Positions 11,029 to 21,638 are shown, counted from the first letter of the stretch. The stretch is 64,000 nt of DNA from an uncultured virus (IMG/VR IMGVR_UViG_3300037067_004637) (IMGVR_UViG_3300037067_004637), one strand, 5' to 3'. Notes: generated from the sequence alone by a model not told the origin. Program-made: numbers and translations.

Positions 11029-11694
11029 TTATGTTAGTTTTTCATATTTTTTAATTTTAACATCAACATCTTTATTTAAAGTTATTTCATATTCTCTTGG
11101 ATATAATAAATTGTTGTGAATAGTCCAATAATAATTTATATCATCTCTATTTACTTCTACTTCAAATATATATGGTTTATAATCATCCGAAAAATTATCA
11201 CTACCGATATTACCTAAAAAATCGTTATCAGTTAATAATTCTTTATCTGCAACATAATGTACACCAAAATCTTTTTTATTAACATCTTTTAAATTTTCTA
11301 AAAATAAAACTCTATATAAAGTAACTTTTTCTGGAACGTTTAATAGTCCAGTTGGAAAATTAGTTTTTAGTATATTATTTAAATATTCTATTGCATCTTT
11401 TTCATTATTAAATCCTTCATAACCAAATTTATTGATATAATCTTCAACTGAATATTTAAAAACATCTTCATATTTAGTAATTGATATATTTTTATGATAT
11501 TTGAATGTCTTTTTATAAATTTCTAAAAAAGTACCAACATCAGAATCATTAGAATATATTTTATTATTTTTAATTTCATATTTTATATCTTTAGGTATAT
11601 TATTTTTAAAATAATTTAAAAAATCATCACTGATTATATCATATTCATATTTATATTCTGAGTTGAAATTTTCGTATAATTTTAAATATTTCAT
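11029..11694 (-). CDS. Leader-tagged protein, ADP-ribosyltransferase-like fold
   Basis: Starts MKYLKLYENF. TLYRV...FGVHY...REYEITL pattern is reminiscent of ART strands. Confidence 0.5.
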   Translation of the reverse strand: MKYLKLYENFNSEYKYEYDIISDDFLNYFKNNIPKDIKYEIKNNKIYSNDSDVGTFLEIYKKTFKYHKNISITKYEDVFKYSVEDYINKFGYEGFNNEKDAIEYLNNILKTNFPTGLLNVPEKVTLYRVLFLENLKDVNKKDFGVHYVADKELLTDNDFLGNIGSDNFSDDYKPYIFEVEVNRDDINYYWTIHNNLLYPREYEITLNKDVDVKIKKYEKLT

Positions 11695-12362
11695 TCTGTT
11701 GCACCATATTTTTTAAGTAATTTCACTATTTCTTTATAATCTCTTAAAGAAGCATTTCTTAAAGCTGTTTCACCCTTTTTAGTTTTATAATTTACATCAG
11801 CACCATGTTTTAATAACAATTCTACTATTTCTTTATAACCTTTCCATGATGCATAAATTAAAGGTGTCCAACCATTTATATTTTTAATATTAACATCAGA
11901 ATTATTTTTAAGTAAAATTTCAACTATATCTTTATATCCATATTCGGAAGCAAATATTAAAGCTGTCCAACCATTTGAATTTTTGATATTAATATCAGAA
12001 CCATTATTAATTAAAAATTCAACTATTTCTTTTTTATTAACCATAGAAGCTAATATTAATGCTGAATTTTTATAGTTATTTATAATATTAATATCAGCAC
12101 CATTTTTTAATAAAAATTCTATTATTTTTTTATGACCCATTAATGAAGATATTATTAAAGCAGTATTACCATTATCATCTTTAATATTAATATCAACACC
12201 TTTTTCTAAAGCTATTTCAACACCTCTTAAATAATTATTTTCAGCAGATGTTAATAATAATCTTTTTGGTGTTAAATCACCTAATTCTTTTAAAATTTCT
12301 TCGTCACTTTTAGGTTTCATCTTATCCCTCAATGATTCATTATATGATTTGAGATATTTCAT
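11691..12362 (-). CDS. Leader-tagged ankyrin repeat protein
   Basis: MKYLKSYNES leader; repeats G(N/W)T(A/P)LI.AS..G..EIVE.LL..GAD(I/V)N. Confidence 0.9.
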   Translation of the reverse strand: MKYLKSYNESLRDKMKPKSDEEILKELGDLTPKRLLLTSAENNYLRGVEIALEKGVDINIKDDNGNTALIISSLMGHKKIIEFLLKNGADINIINNYKNSALILASMVNKKEIVEFLINNGSDINIKNSNGWTALIFASEYGYKDIVEILLKNNSDVNIKNINGWTPLIYASWKGYKEIVELLLKHGADVNYKTKKGETALRNASLRDYKEIVKLLKKYGATE

Positions 12363-12856
12363 AAATCTATCATATCTCCATTTTTATCTATTCTGTATAC
12401 AACTCCAGATAGTGGACTTTTCATTAAAGCAAAATCATTTTCCATACCTAAATATTCACCTTTAAATTTATTATATTTTGGATTTTTATCTGTACCAATC
12501 CAAGCTCTTAATTTTAATTCTTGTTCTCTTGTCATACCATTTTTTTCATCACGAATAGAATAAAGTGCTTTGTTTTCTAAAGTTTTAACTTTAATTATAT
12601 AATTTTTATAATCAATATAAAGTGCTTTTTTATAATACCAAAATGGTTCATTTTCATCTTTATCCCATGATGTATCTTCCCAAAGATAAATATCAAAATC
12701 GCCTTCTTTATGTAACCATTTTTTATTTAAATAAAATCTATCTAAAATATTTTTAAAATCTTCTTCATTATCAAATTTAGTGAATCTCCAATCACCATCT
12801 GTTTTTGATGTTGCTATTAATTTATTATAATTTTCATATAATTTTAAATATTTCAT
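12359..12856 (-). CDS. Leader-tagged hypothetical protein
   Basis: Starts MKYLKLYENY; body not recognised. Confidence 0.7.
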   Translation of the reverse strand: MKYLKLYENYNKLIATSKTDGDWRFTKFDNEEDFKNILDRFYLNKKWLHKEGDFDIYLWEDTSWDKDENEPFWYYKKALYIDYKNYIIKVKTLENKALYSIRDEKNGMTREQELKLRAWIGTDKNPKYNKFKGEYLGMENDFALMKSPLSGVVYRIDKNGDMIDL

Positions 12857-13410
12857 AATATTTCTAAAAAATTTTTATCTGGAACAACAGCCGAAATTGA
12901 ACCATAATCTTCACCATCATTTATATAATAAAAACCACTTTTAGCGTTTCCTTTTTTTAAAGCTCTCATTATTAATGAATTTGCCATTATATCACTATGT
13001 GGATTATACATTGAATTTGACATTTTTCCAATTATTTTAACTGGAAATATTATTGGTTTACAATCAAAAGGTATTGGTATTTTATTAGAATATGTTGCTC
13101 TATCTTTTCTTTCAGTTGGATAATAATCTTTTTCTGGTGCATGACAATTAAAACCAGTATTACAATAATACCCTAATTCTTTTTCTTTTTTTAATATAGT
13201 TTTTTGACCTGCCAATAATGTTTTTCCATATTCTCTTGTACCATCCCATTCTCCTTCTGCTGGAACACCAATTCTTGCTTGTAATGCTTGTGTTGCTGCT
13301 AACTTAGTACCAACATGAATTCCATTTTTTCCATCTAATTTTTTGTCAGTAGAACCATGATAAAAAATACCATTTTTAATATATTCTTCGTATAATTTTA
13401 AATATTTCAT
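12853..13410 (-). CDS. Leader-tagged protein, ART-like
   Basis: MKYLKLYEEY then FYHGS...GIHVGT..AA. Confidence 0.55.
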   Translation of the reverse strand: MKYLKLYEEYIKNGIFYHGSTDKKLDGKNGIHVGTKLAATQALQARIGVPAEGEWDGTREYGKTLLAGQKTILKKEKELGYYCNTGFNCHAPEKDYYPTERKDRATYSNKIPIPFDCKPIIFPVKIIGKMSNSMYNPHSDIMANSLIMRALKKGNAKSGFYYINDGEDYGSISAVVPDKNFLEIL

Positions 13411-13967
13411 TATTCTTGATGTTTATATTTTATATATGAATGTAATTCACTCCAATCCAAATCTGTAATACCTTGGTAACCTTTATTTATAAAATGTTGA
13501 TTAACTTCTTCTCTACTCATATTTTTTAATTCATCAACAACTTTATCTATATAAGAATTAGGAACATCTTGAATTATTTTTATAACTGGCATTTTTTCAC
13601 AACCTAATTTTATTAATGCTACTGCTCTATGTCTTCCTTCTTGTAGTGAAGAATTTTCTTGATAATTACCAACTGGAAATTTAGCACCATTTTTCATAGC
13701 TTCTACATATTTATCAACCTTTTTTTGACTAACTGGTATTAATGCATCATCGTATGATAAACCACCAAAATTTTGTGCTATTGTATAAATATATTGTTTA
13801 GGACTCATGTATATTAATTCTTCAATTTTTCTTTTATAAACTAAAGAATAAAGTGGATTCTCATATGCACTATAAATATTTCCAATATTATTCATATCAA
13901 AATATTTACAACCATCACAATTGTTAATATTATTCAAAAAATTTTCATATAATTTTAAATATTTCAT
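13410..13967 (-). CDS. Leader-tagged ParB/Srx-like domain protein
   Basis: MKYLKLYENF; KVDKYVEAM..G..FP...LQEGRHRAVAL..LG...MPV resembles the ParB-N DGHHR motif. Confidence 0.7.
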   Translation of the reverse strand: MKYLKLYENFLNNINNCDGCKYFDMNNIGNIYSAYENPLYSLVYKRKIEELIYMSPKQYIYTIAQNFGGLSYDDALIPVSQKKVDKYVEAMKNGAKFPVGNYQENSSLQEGRHRAVALIKLGCEKMPVIKIIQDVPNSYIDKVVDELKNMSREEVNQHFINKGYQGITDLDWSELHSYIKYKHQE

Positions 13968-14002
13968 TCTTTAGCACCGTATTTTTTAAGTAATTGTACT
14001 GT

Positions 14003-15001
14003 TTAATTGTTATGATTTTCTGATGCTATCATTAAAGCTGTTTTATCATATTTATTTTTATGATTTATATTAGCACCATATTTTAATAACAATTCAACTA
14101 TATCTATATAACCAAAATCAGAAGCTATAATTAAAGCTGTGTTACCAAATTTATTTTTAACATTAATATCAACACCTTTTTCTAAAGCTATTTCAACACC
14201 TTTTAAAAAATTATATTTTACTGATTGTAATAATATTTCTTTTGGTGTTAATTTTACTAAACCTTTTAAAAAATTATATTTTACTGATTGTAAAAATATT
14301 TCTTTTGATGTTAATTTTCCTAAATCCTTTAAAATTTCTTCGTCAGATTTTGGTTTCATTTTATCTCTAAGAGATTCATTAATTTTATAAATTTGAACAT
14401 CACATAAAACTCTAATTTCTCCTTCATCTGTACCTTTTATTATATCACAATCAATTTCTTTACTTCTCACTGTTATTATTTTAACATCTTCGGAATTTAA
14501 TTTTTTTAATCTTTCCATACCACCTATTATAATAGGATCATCTAACCTTTTATCTATTCTTGATGCAATAATATGAGTAATTTTTCTAACACTTTCAATT
14601 GTATCCATGATAGGTTCATTTAAAACTTCTCTTCTTTCCCATTCAGATTTAAAAATTCTTATTAAATCTTTTAAATCTTTTCCAATTCTATTTTCTTGAA
14701 TTTTTGACCAATCATTAAAAACTAAAATGGCTTCTTCTTTATTATTACATTTTGATAAATTTATTGCTAACATCATACCAAGTTGATAATCTTTAGCTAA
14801 TTCAATATCTTTAAAAAAACTAACACCTTTTGTATGACCACCACCAAAACCACCACCAAAAGATTGAGCTTTTAATATAAAATCTTTTTCTATTTCTTTT
14901 GAATATGGCGAAACATGATATAAATATTCAGGTAATATATCTTTAGATATATTCTCATTATTTTCATTTAAAAAATTATTAAAATTTAATATTTTTCTCA
15001 T
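14003..15001 (-). CDS. ART-like domain fused to an ankyrin module; C-terminus cut by an in-frame TAA
   Basis: LYHVSP...GVSFF...EGEIRV then NESLRDKMKPKSDEEIL and ankyrin repeats. The frame continues past the TAA as TVQLLKKYGAKE to 13964. Confidence 0.7.
   Translation of the reverse strand: MRKILNFNNFLNENNENISKDILPEYLYHVSPYSKEIEKDFILKAQSFGGGFGGGHTKGVSFFKDIELAKDYQLGMMLAINLSKCNNKEEAILVFNDWSKIQENRIGKDLKDLIRIFKSEWERREVLNEPIMDTIESVRKITHIIASRIDKRLDDPIIIGGMERLKKLNSEDVKIITVRSKEIDCDIIKGTDEGEIRVLCDVQIYKINESLRDKMKPKSDEEILKDLGKLTSKEIFLQSVKYNFLKGLVKLTPKEILLQSVKYNFLKGVEIALEKGVDINVKNKFGNTALIIASDFGYIDIVELLLKYGANINHKNKYDKTALMIASENHNN
14198..14318 (-). repeat. 63-nt intragenic tandem duplication
   Basis: KEI(F/L)LQSVKYNFLKG occurs twice; nucleotide copies begin at 14198 and 14261. 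Confidence 0.85.
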
Positions 15002-15005
15002 AAAC

Positions 15006-15045
15006 TTTATATATAAAAAATAACTTAAACAATTTTAATATATAA
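15006..15045. promoter_or_regulatory. Back-to-back putative late promoters
   Basis: TTTTTTATATATAAA on the minus strand (15006-15020) and TTTTAATATATAA on the plus strand (15033-15045), between divergent genes. Confidence 0.55.
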
Positions 15046-15064
15046 ATAAAAATATTAATAATTA

Positions 15065-17422
15065 ATGCAATACCTTTTAAATTTAAGATATGATGGTACA
15101 GCTTCAATAAACTTTGTTGGTTCTGAAGTATTAGATACTAATAATAGAACTTTAATATTAAAAACAGAAGAACCAATAGTTGGTATAACTGGATTTAATA
15201 ATTTCAAAGATACTGTTGTACCTAATGATAATAATATTATAAGAAAATTTAAATATAAATTATGTGAAAATTGGTCAGATTTAATTGATATATCAGAATT
15301 AACTGGTATAACTTTTAATGAAAATTGTCATTTTGAATTAGAATTATATTATTTTTTCGTTAATGAAGGTAATTTATCTGCACCCGCAGTTACAATATCG
15401 AATGTTACCATAGAAGCTATTTATAATATTGAAAAAACATCTGGTATTGTTACATTAACTGAAAACGGTAATCCTATTATTTTAGAACCAAAAGATATTT
15501 ATAAAATATTTGATTTATCTGATTTTCAAGCTAGTGTTGGTGGTCTTGTAGATGAAAATGATTTAGATATAAAGTTTAGAATTACACAAGATGGTGGATA
15601 TACATTTACTAAATGGACACCACTTACAAAAGAAAATTTATCAGTAGCAAGAAAAGATATTAATGAGTTAAGATTTGCTAAAGTACAATATTTAATAACT
15701 AAAAATAGTACAACACCAGTAACAGTTTATGATATTATGCTAATTGGTGATTTTCAAAATGTATCTGCTAATTATTTAAAAACAAATAGATATGGTTTAA
15801 GAGAAGATTGTGTTACAAAATTATCAGAAACAAATTCAAGTTCTACTATTGAAAACAATTTAATAAATAATGGTGATACTAATGGTTTAAGTTGTTATAC
15901 ATCAGGTAATAATGAATCAACATTAAGTGGATTAACATCTTTTAATAATGATAATAATGGTTTATGGAATCCATATAAACAATCACCAGAAATTACTAAT
16001 TTTTATAATTTTTTAGCTAATCAAACTAATAGTATTTTTGGTTGGGATGTTGAATATTTTAAAACTGATCCTGATGGTAATGGTATTGATACACAAATAC
16101 ACGAATATGGATTATTTAATGTTTATAAAAAAGATACTATTAAAATAATAGTACCAGAAAATCAATTTCCTGATAACACTATACAATTAAATGTTTTTAA
16201 TTTAGATTTATTTGATACATTTGAAGTACAAATATTAAAAGATGTTTTTAAAGAAAAATTTGGTATAGAAGAAAGACCTGCGGTTAAAGATTTTTTGTTT
16301 TTTTGTGTTACTAATAGATTATATACAATAAAACATGCACAAATATATAAAGATATTATGCACACTGGTATTTATTATAAAGTAATACTTGAAAAATATG
16401 AAGAAAGAGCTAATATTCTTGTTAGAGATCAAGCAGCTAAAAATGCTATTGAATCTTTAACTGATAATACAACAATAGATGATTTATTTGGATTTGAAAA
16501 TAAACAAGATGAAGATAAAGTTGCAAATAAAGTACAATTTACACCTAAATCTTTTGAAAAAATAAGACAATCTATTTCAAGTAAAGTTAGTATTATGAAT
16601 GAACCAGTATATAACGGTGAAGTTGATTTTATAAAATATTATTATAATTTTAATAAATTAATAGACCAAAAATCTGTTGAATATAAAAATGTCGATAATA
16701 ATTTTTTATTATCTGATAATAGATGTTTTATAAATTGGTTTAAATTTAATTCATATTTTGATGAAAATTCAAGTATAACTAAGAGAGTTTTCGATAATTA
16801 TCAAGTAAATATCAATAAAAATTTTATGTTATTAGATAATTATAATGAAACTAATAATATAGGGTATAGATATTATTATAATAATAAAAAAATAAATTTT
16901 ATATTAAATAATAATTCTTATGAATTAGAAACACCAAATTTATTAACTAATATATGGTATGGTATTGTTATTAATTTAGATCAAAGACAAAGAACATTAG
17001 ATATAAGAGTTTATAAAAGATTAACTGATGTTTATATTGCTTTAATAAATCCTACAACATATGAAAGACAAGACATAATATCAACAGATATAACTGGTAT
17101 AACTTCGGCTATGTCTGATGGTTTTAAACCTGTTGCTAATTTTGAATATGGTTCAACTGCAGTTTCTGAGTTTATTTTATTATATCAAAAAATATATACT
17201 AATATTGATATACAAGAATTTAATCATGATGTTAATATTAAACTAATAGGTTCTGATATATCATATTCTAATTTAAGAATTTTTAATGATATTATAGAAG
17301 AAAAAAATATTAATAATATATTAAATCAAAATATTATTAAAGATGCTGGTAAATTAATAATTGCAGATAATGCAAATAGAAAAATATATACCAATAATAT
17401 AGAAAATAAAAATTTTAGATAA
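15065..17422 (+). CDS. Neck (T4 gp14-like head completion) protein with N- and C-terminal extensions
   Basis: Central FGWDVEYF...FKEKFG..ERPAVKDFLFF..TNRLYTI resembles gp14. C-terminus is LamG-like (NIWYGIVINLD...YSNLRIFN). Confidence 0.6.
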   Translation: MQYLLNLRYDGTASINFVGSEVLDTNNRTLILKTEEPIVGITGFNNFKDTVVPNDNNIIRKFKYKLCENWSDLIDISELTGITFNENCHFELELYYFFVNEGNLSAPAVTISNVTIEAIYNIEKTSGIVTLTENGNPIILEPKDIYKIFDLSDFQASVGGLVDENDLDIKFRITQDGGYTFTKWTPLTKENLSVARKDINELRFAKVQYLITKNSTTPVTVYDIMLIGDFQNVSANYLKTNRYGLREDCVTKLSETNSSSTIENNLINNGDTNGLSCYTSGNNESTLSGLTSFNNDNNGLWNPYKQSPEITNFYNFLANQTNSIFGWDVEYFKTDPDGNGIDTQIHEYGLFNVYKKDTIKIIVPENQFPDNTIQLNVFNLDLFDTFEVQILKDVFKEKFGIEERPAVKDFLFFCVTNRLYTIKHAQIYKDIMHTGIYYKVILEKYEERANILVRDQAAKNAIESLTDNTTIDDLFGFENKQDEDKVANKVQFTPKSFEKIRQSISSKVSIMNEPVYNGEVDFIKYYYNFNKLIDQKSVEYKNVDNNFLLSDNRCFINWFKFNSYFDENSSITKRVFDNYQVNINKNFMLLDNYNETNNIGYRYYYNNKKINFILNNNSYELETPNLLTNIWYGIVINLDQRQRTLDIRVYKRLTDVYIALINPTTYERQDIISTDITGITSAMSDGFKPVANFEYGSTAVSEFILLYQKIYTNIDIQEFNHDVNIKLIGSDISYSNLRIFNDIIEEKNINNILNQNIIKDAGKLIIADNANRKIYTNNIENKNFR

Positions 17423-17468
17423 AAATAATGGTGCAATTGGTGCAATTATGGTGCAAAAAAAGAATAAT

Positions 17469-18038
17469 ATGAAATATCTTAAAACATATAACGAATCACT
17501 AAGAGATAAAATGAAACCAAAATCTGATGAAGAGATTTTGAAAGAATTAGGTGACTTGACACCAGAAGAATTATTATTTCAATCAGTTCAAAATAATTAT
17601 ATAAAAGGTGTTGAAATAGCTTTGAAAAGAGGTGCTGATGTTAATTGTCAAGATAATTTTGGAAGTACAGCTTTATTATGTGCTTCTCAATATGGTTATG
17701 TGGATATAATTGAATTTTTATTAAAAAATGGTGCTGATGTCAATATTGAAAATGTTTATGGTAAAACAGCTTTAATTATAGCTTCTGTAAATAATAGAAA
17801 AGAGATTGTTAAATTGTTAATTAAAAATGGTGCAGATGTTAATTATCAAGATTATGATGGTTGGACACCTATAATGGCATCATCTCTATATGGATATGAA
17901 GAAATAGTTGAATTGTTATTAAAAAATGGTGCTGATGTTAATATTGTAAATAAACATAGTTCTACTGCTTTAATGTATGCATATGAAATGAAAAGAAATA
18001 ATATAATAGAATTACTTAAAAAATATGGTGCTAAATAA
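17469..18038 (+). CDS. Leader-tagged ankyrin repeat protein
   Basis: Start reassigned to MKYLKTYNES by paralogy; clear ankyrin repeats. Confidence 0.9.
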   Translation: MKYLKTYNESLRDKMKPKSDEEILKELGDLTPEELLFQSVQNNYIKGVEIALKRGADVNCQDNFGSTALLCASQYGYVDIIEFLLKNGADVNIENVYGKTALIIASVNNRKEIVKLLIKNGADVNYQDYDGWTPIMASSLYGYEEIVELLLKNGADVNIVNKHSSTALMYAYEMKRNNIIELLKKYGAK

Positions 18039-18499
18039 TGAAATATTTAAAATTATTTGAAAATTTTAATAAGAAAATATATTATCATGGTTCAAATAAT
18101 AAATTTGAAAATTTTGAAAATTATGATAACAAACTTTGGAAAGAAATTAATTTATCTGTTTGGTTTTTTACAGAAGATTTAGAATATGCAAAAACTTATG
18201 GTAAATATATTTATGAGGTTGAATTAGCTATTCATAATACATTTAATACTGAGAAAAAAGAACATTTCGATATATTTTTAAAACATTTAAAAGAAAATAA
18301 GTTTTCTAAAAAAGATATAGAAAAAATTTTAGATGAACAATTTTTTAACGATTTACCATATTGGACTTGTGATGAAGCTTTCTATGCTGCTGTAACAAAT
18401 AATTTCGATTCAATTTTTATTGAAGAACAATTAGAAAAAGAAGTAGTATCAATAGGTGTTTTTGATAATAGTAAAATAAAAATAATTAAAGTTTATTAA
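18038..18499 (+). CDS. Leader-tagged ART-like protein (polyvalent-protein ART type)
   Basis: MKYLKLFENF; YYHGS..KF..F...WFFTED..YA..YG.YIYEV.L. Confidence 0.65.
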   Translation: MKYLKLFENFNKKIYYHGSNNKFENFENYDNKLWKEINLSVWFFTEDLEYAKTYGKYIYEVELAIHNTFNTEKKEHFDIFLKHLKENKFSKKDIEKILDEQFFNDLPYWTCDEAFYAAVTNNFDSIFIEEQLEKEVVSIGVFDNSKIKIIKVY

Positions 18500-18557
18500 A
18501 AATGTTTATGAAATTAATTTTTTTAATATATAAAAACAAAATAAATATAATATAATC

Positions 18558-21500
18558 ATGAAAATTAGAAATTATGAAAATTTTCTTTTTGAAAGTATCT
18601 TACCAGAAAAAATATTTTCATTGAATGAAAAAACAACAATGAAAAATTATCTAAGTGTTGAATTTAATACTGAAAAAATTTGCAACATTTATCCTAAAAT
18701 GGAAGAAGTTATTGGTTTAAAAATTAAACAAAAATATAATAAATTAACATTAGTTATAGGTAAAGATTTAGAACAAGAAGCAAAAATGTTTTCAGAACAT
18801 ATTAAAACATTAACTGATAATTTATCAGAAGTTGTATCTAAAGCTGGTTCAAGAATAACTTTTGTGTTTTCAGAAGAAAAGAATTTTTATTTATTTCCAA
18901 CTAATAGTGAAGTTCCAGATGATGTAATAAATCAAAATGTAAAAATAGAATCATTTGAACAATATGAAAATTATAAAATTCAAGATATAAATATTTTAAA
19001 TGATAAAGTTAGCATAGTTTTATTTAATAAAAAATATGATAAAATACAAAATATAGTTTTACTTGATATATCACAAATATTTTCTGATTTTAAAGCAGAA
19101 AAAACAGATACACCTAAAGTAAAAAGAACAAGACATATTAAAGGTTATATTACTAAAGAACAAATGGATAAGTGTGGTAATGAAATGGATGTTCAAGGTA
19201 AATATAGTGCTACACTTGCTCTTTATGATTTTGAATTACAACCTTCTATTGCAGGTATCATGACAGATGGTTTATATAGTTTTAATGTTGATGGTAAAGA
19301 ATGTCAAATATTAGCTGAATTTAAGTATGATATTGATATGTCTTCAAATTTAGAAAAAACACAAATTATAATGCAGTGTTTATTATATTTAAAAAGATTT
19401 GAAGTAAAAGGTTTACCTATACCAGAAATTATTTTAATTGGTGATAGAAATGAATGTGCTTTATTTACTTATGATTATGTATCTAAATATTTAAATGACA
19501 AAGAAGTTGATTGGACTGCTGGTGGTAGTAATTTTCATATAAAAAATCCAAATTTATTAACTAAATTATTAAGTGAAGAATTTAAACCTTTTCCATTTAA
19601 TATTGATGATGATTTTAATTTTAGTGATGTTGTAAATAAAATAAAAGAATTAGCAAAAGATAGTAAAAGTAAAACTAAAATTACAGCAGGTAATATATCA
19701 ACAGCTTTTCATAGTTTTATTTCTAAAGTATTACATAAAGATGTAAAATTAAGTGCTAATGAAAAAGTTAATTTGTTTATTCAAATATTAATTAATTCTG
19801 ATGATAATTATTTACACCCATCAAAACCTGAAATAGTTTCAAAATCATTTGGTGCAGTTAAAATTGATAGAAAACAATATCAATCATTAATGTCACACTA
19901 TGATGGTTTCCATTATACAAATGAAGAAAAAGATAAATTAGTTGGTGTTTCTGATATGATTATATTAGAAGAAGATAGAAGAAAACAAGGTGAATATTTT
20001 ACACCTGATATTTTAACATTAAAAGCTGATGAATATTTAAGTAGATATTTAGGTGGAGATTATAAAGATAAATTTTATGTGTGGGATTGTGCAGCAGGTA
20101 TGGGTAATTTAACAAGAAATTTTAAATATGCTCATTTATTCCAAAGTACATTACATAAAAGTGATACTCAAACTATGGAACAATCTGGTATTAATCCCGA
20201 AGCAACTAAATTTCAATTTGATTTTTTGAATGATGAATTGGGTAAATTACCAAGTGAATTAATGGAAGCAATAAAGAGTAATAAACCTATTTTGTTTTAT
20301 ATAAATCCACCTTATATGAGAGCAGGTGATATAGGAGCAACGGTGAAAAATTTACAAGATATAATAACAAAGAAAGGAGAGTCTGATACTAAAATAAGTG
20401 ATGAAATGAAAAATGATAATTGGGGTGGTTCTTCTTCAAATTTATATTCACAATTTTTATATAGAATATGGAGAATGAAAAAAGAAAGAAATTTGACTAA
20501 TTTATATCTTGGTGTTTTTTGTCCAGAATTATTTTTAAGTGGTGGATCATATAAAAAATTTAGAGAAAAATTTTTAGTTGATTTTGAATATTTAAATGCA
20601 TTTTTAACTCCAGCATCTATGTTTAGTGACGTTGCTAATAATTGGGGTATTTTATTTTCAGTTTGGAAATCTGGAAAAAATGTAAATAATACTGAATTTA
20701 ATGTTGATGTGTTCGATAAATCATTATCTGATGATACTGAATTAACTGTTTTAAAAGACAAATCTTTATATAATTTAGATAATGAAATTGAAGCAAGTAA
20801 GTGGGTTAGGGAAAAAACAAAAGAATTAAAAACAACAAAAAATGTTCCACAATTAACAAGTGCATTAAATATTAAAAATGGTGGATATGGATCAATACCA
20901 GAAAATTATATTGGTTATTTATTTAATAAATCTAATCAAGTGATGACGAATAGTCAGCAAGTGGCAATTTTTTCAGTTCCATACGCATATGCAAATGGTG
21001 TTCCAATAATTAAAGAAAATATTTTTGAAATTTCAACACTATTTACATCAAGAAGATTAATTTCTGGTTCTTATGATACTTGGATAAATCATATGAGTGA
21101 ATATTTAGCACCTAATGAAAAACACCCACAATGGGAACAATTTAAATATGATTCGATTGTATATTCATTATTTGATTCTAAATCACAACAATCATCGTTA
21201 CGAGATATAGATTATAAAAGTAAAATATGGAACATTCAAAATGAATTCTTCTGGATACCTGTTGATAAAATGTCAGAAGCAATTAAACAATCTTCATATA
21301 CTGAACTATATAACGATATAAAAACTTTCGGTAAACAACGTTATGTTGCATCATTACTTTACGATCAAGGAATATATAATAAATTATCAGAAGATGCAAA
21401 ATTTGTTCTTGATAGAGCAACAGCAATAGTAATTAAATCAATACCACAACGAAAAATAGCACAAGAAGAAAATTCTAAATTGTGTGCTTATGCATGGGAT

Positions 21501-21638
21501 GCTGGTTGGTATCAAATAAAAGCTATTATTGATACAGTAAAACTTGATTCTGGTTTAATAAAAGATTTTTCAACAGTTTATAAAGAATTTGGTGATAGAC
21601 TTAGACCACTTATTTATGAATTAGGTTTCTTGAAATAA
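18558..21638 (+). CDS. Type IIG-like fused endonuclease / N6-adenine DNA methyltransferase
   Basis: TDG...LAEFK (PD-(D/E)xK-like), GEYFTP, WDCAAGMGNL (motif I), NPPY (motif IV). N-terminus MKIRNYENFLFE. Confidence 0.8.
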   Translation: MKIRNYENFLFESILPEKIFSLNEKTTMKNYLSVEFNTEKICNIYPKMEEVIGLKIKQKYNKLTLVIGKDLEQEAKMFSEHIKTLTDNLSEVVSKAGSRITFVFSEEKNFYLFPTNSEVPDDVINQNVKIESFEQYENYKIQDINILNDKVSIVLFNKKYDKIQNIVLLDISQIFSDFKAEKTDTPKVKRTRHIKGYITKEQMDKCGNEMDVQGKYSATLALYDFELQPSIAGIMTDGLYSFNVDGKECQILAEFKYDIDMSSNLEKTQIIMQCLLYLKRFEVKGLPIPEIILIGDRNECALFTYDYVSKYLNDKEVDWTAGGSNFHIKNPNLLTKLLSEEFKPFPFNIDDDFNFSDVVNKIKELAKDSKSKTKITAGNISTAFHSFISKVLHKDVKLSANEKVNLFIQILINSDDNYLHPSKPEIVSKSFGAVKIDRKQYQSLMSHYDGFHYTNEEKDKLVGVSDMIILEEDRRKQGEYFTPDILTLKADEYLSRYLGGDYKDKFYVWDCAAGMGNLTRNFKYAHLFQSTLHKSDTQTMEQSGINPEATKFQFDFLNDELGKLPSELMEAIKSNKPILFYINPPYMRAGDIGATVKNLQDIITKKGESDTKISDEMKNDNWGGSSSNLYSQFLYRIWRMKKERNLTNLYLGVFCPELFLSGGSYKKFREKFLVDFEYLNAFLTPASMFSDVANNWGILFSVWKSGKNVNNTEFNVDVFDKSLSDDTELTVLKDKSLYNLDNEIEASKWVREKTKELKTTKNVPQLTSALNIKNGGYGSIPENYIGYLFNKSNQVMTNSQQVAIFSVPYAYANGVPIIKENIFEISTLFTSRRLISGSYDTWINHMSEYLAPNEKHPQWEQFKYDSIVYSLFDSKSQQSSLRDIDYKSKIWNIQNEFFWIPVDKMSEAIKQSSYTELYNDIKTFGKQRYVASLLYDQGIYNKLSEDAKFVLDRATAIVIKSIPQRKIAQEENSKLCAYAWDAGWYQIKAIIDTVKLDSGLIKDFSTVYKEFGDRLRPLIYELGFLK

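Noticed and set aside
14003..14005. In-frame stop as evidence of genetic-code reassignment
   Set aside because: It is TAA, the dominant stop codon here; all other genes read intact in the standard code.
17429..17456. TGGTGCAA repeated three times upstream of an ankyrin gene
   Set aside because: Short and seen at a single locus; cannot distinguish an operator from slippage. It also creates the spurious upstream ATG at 17448.
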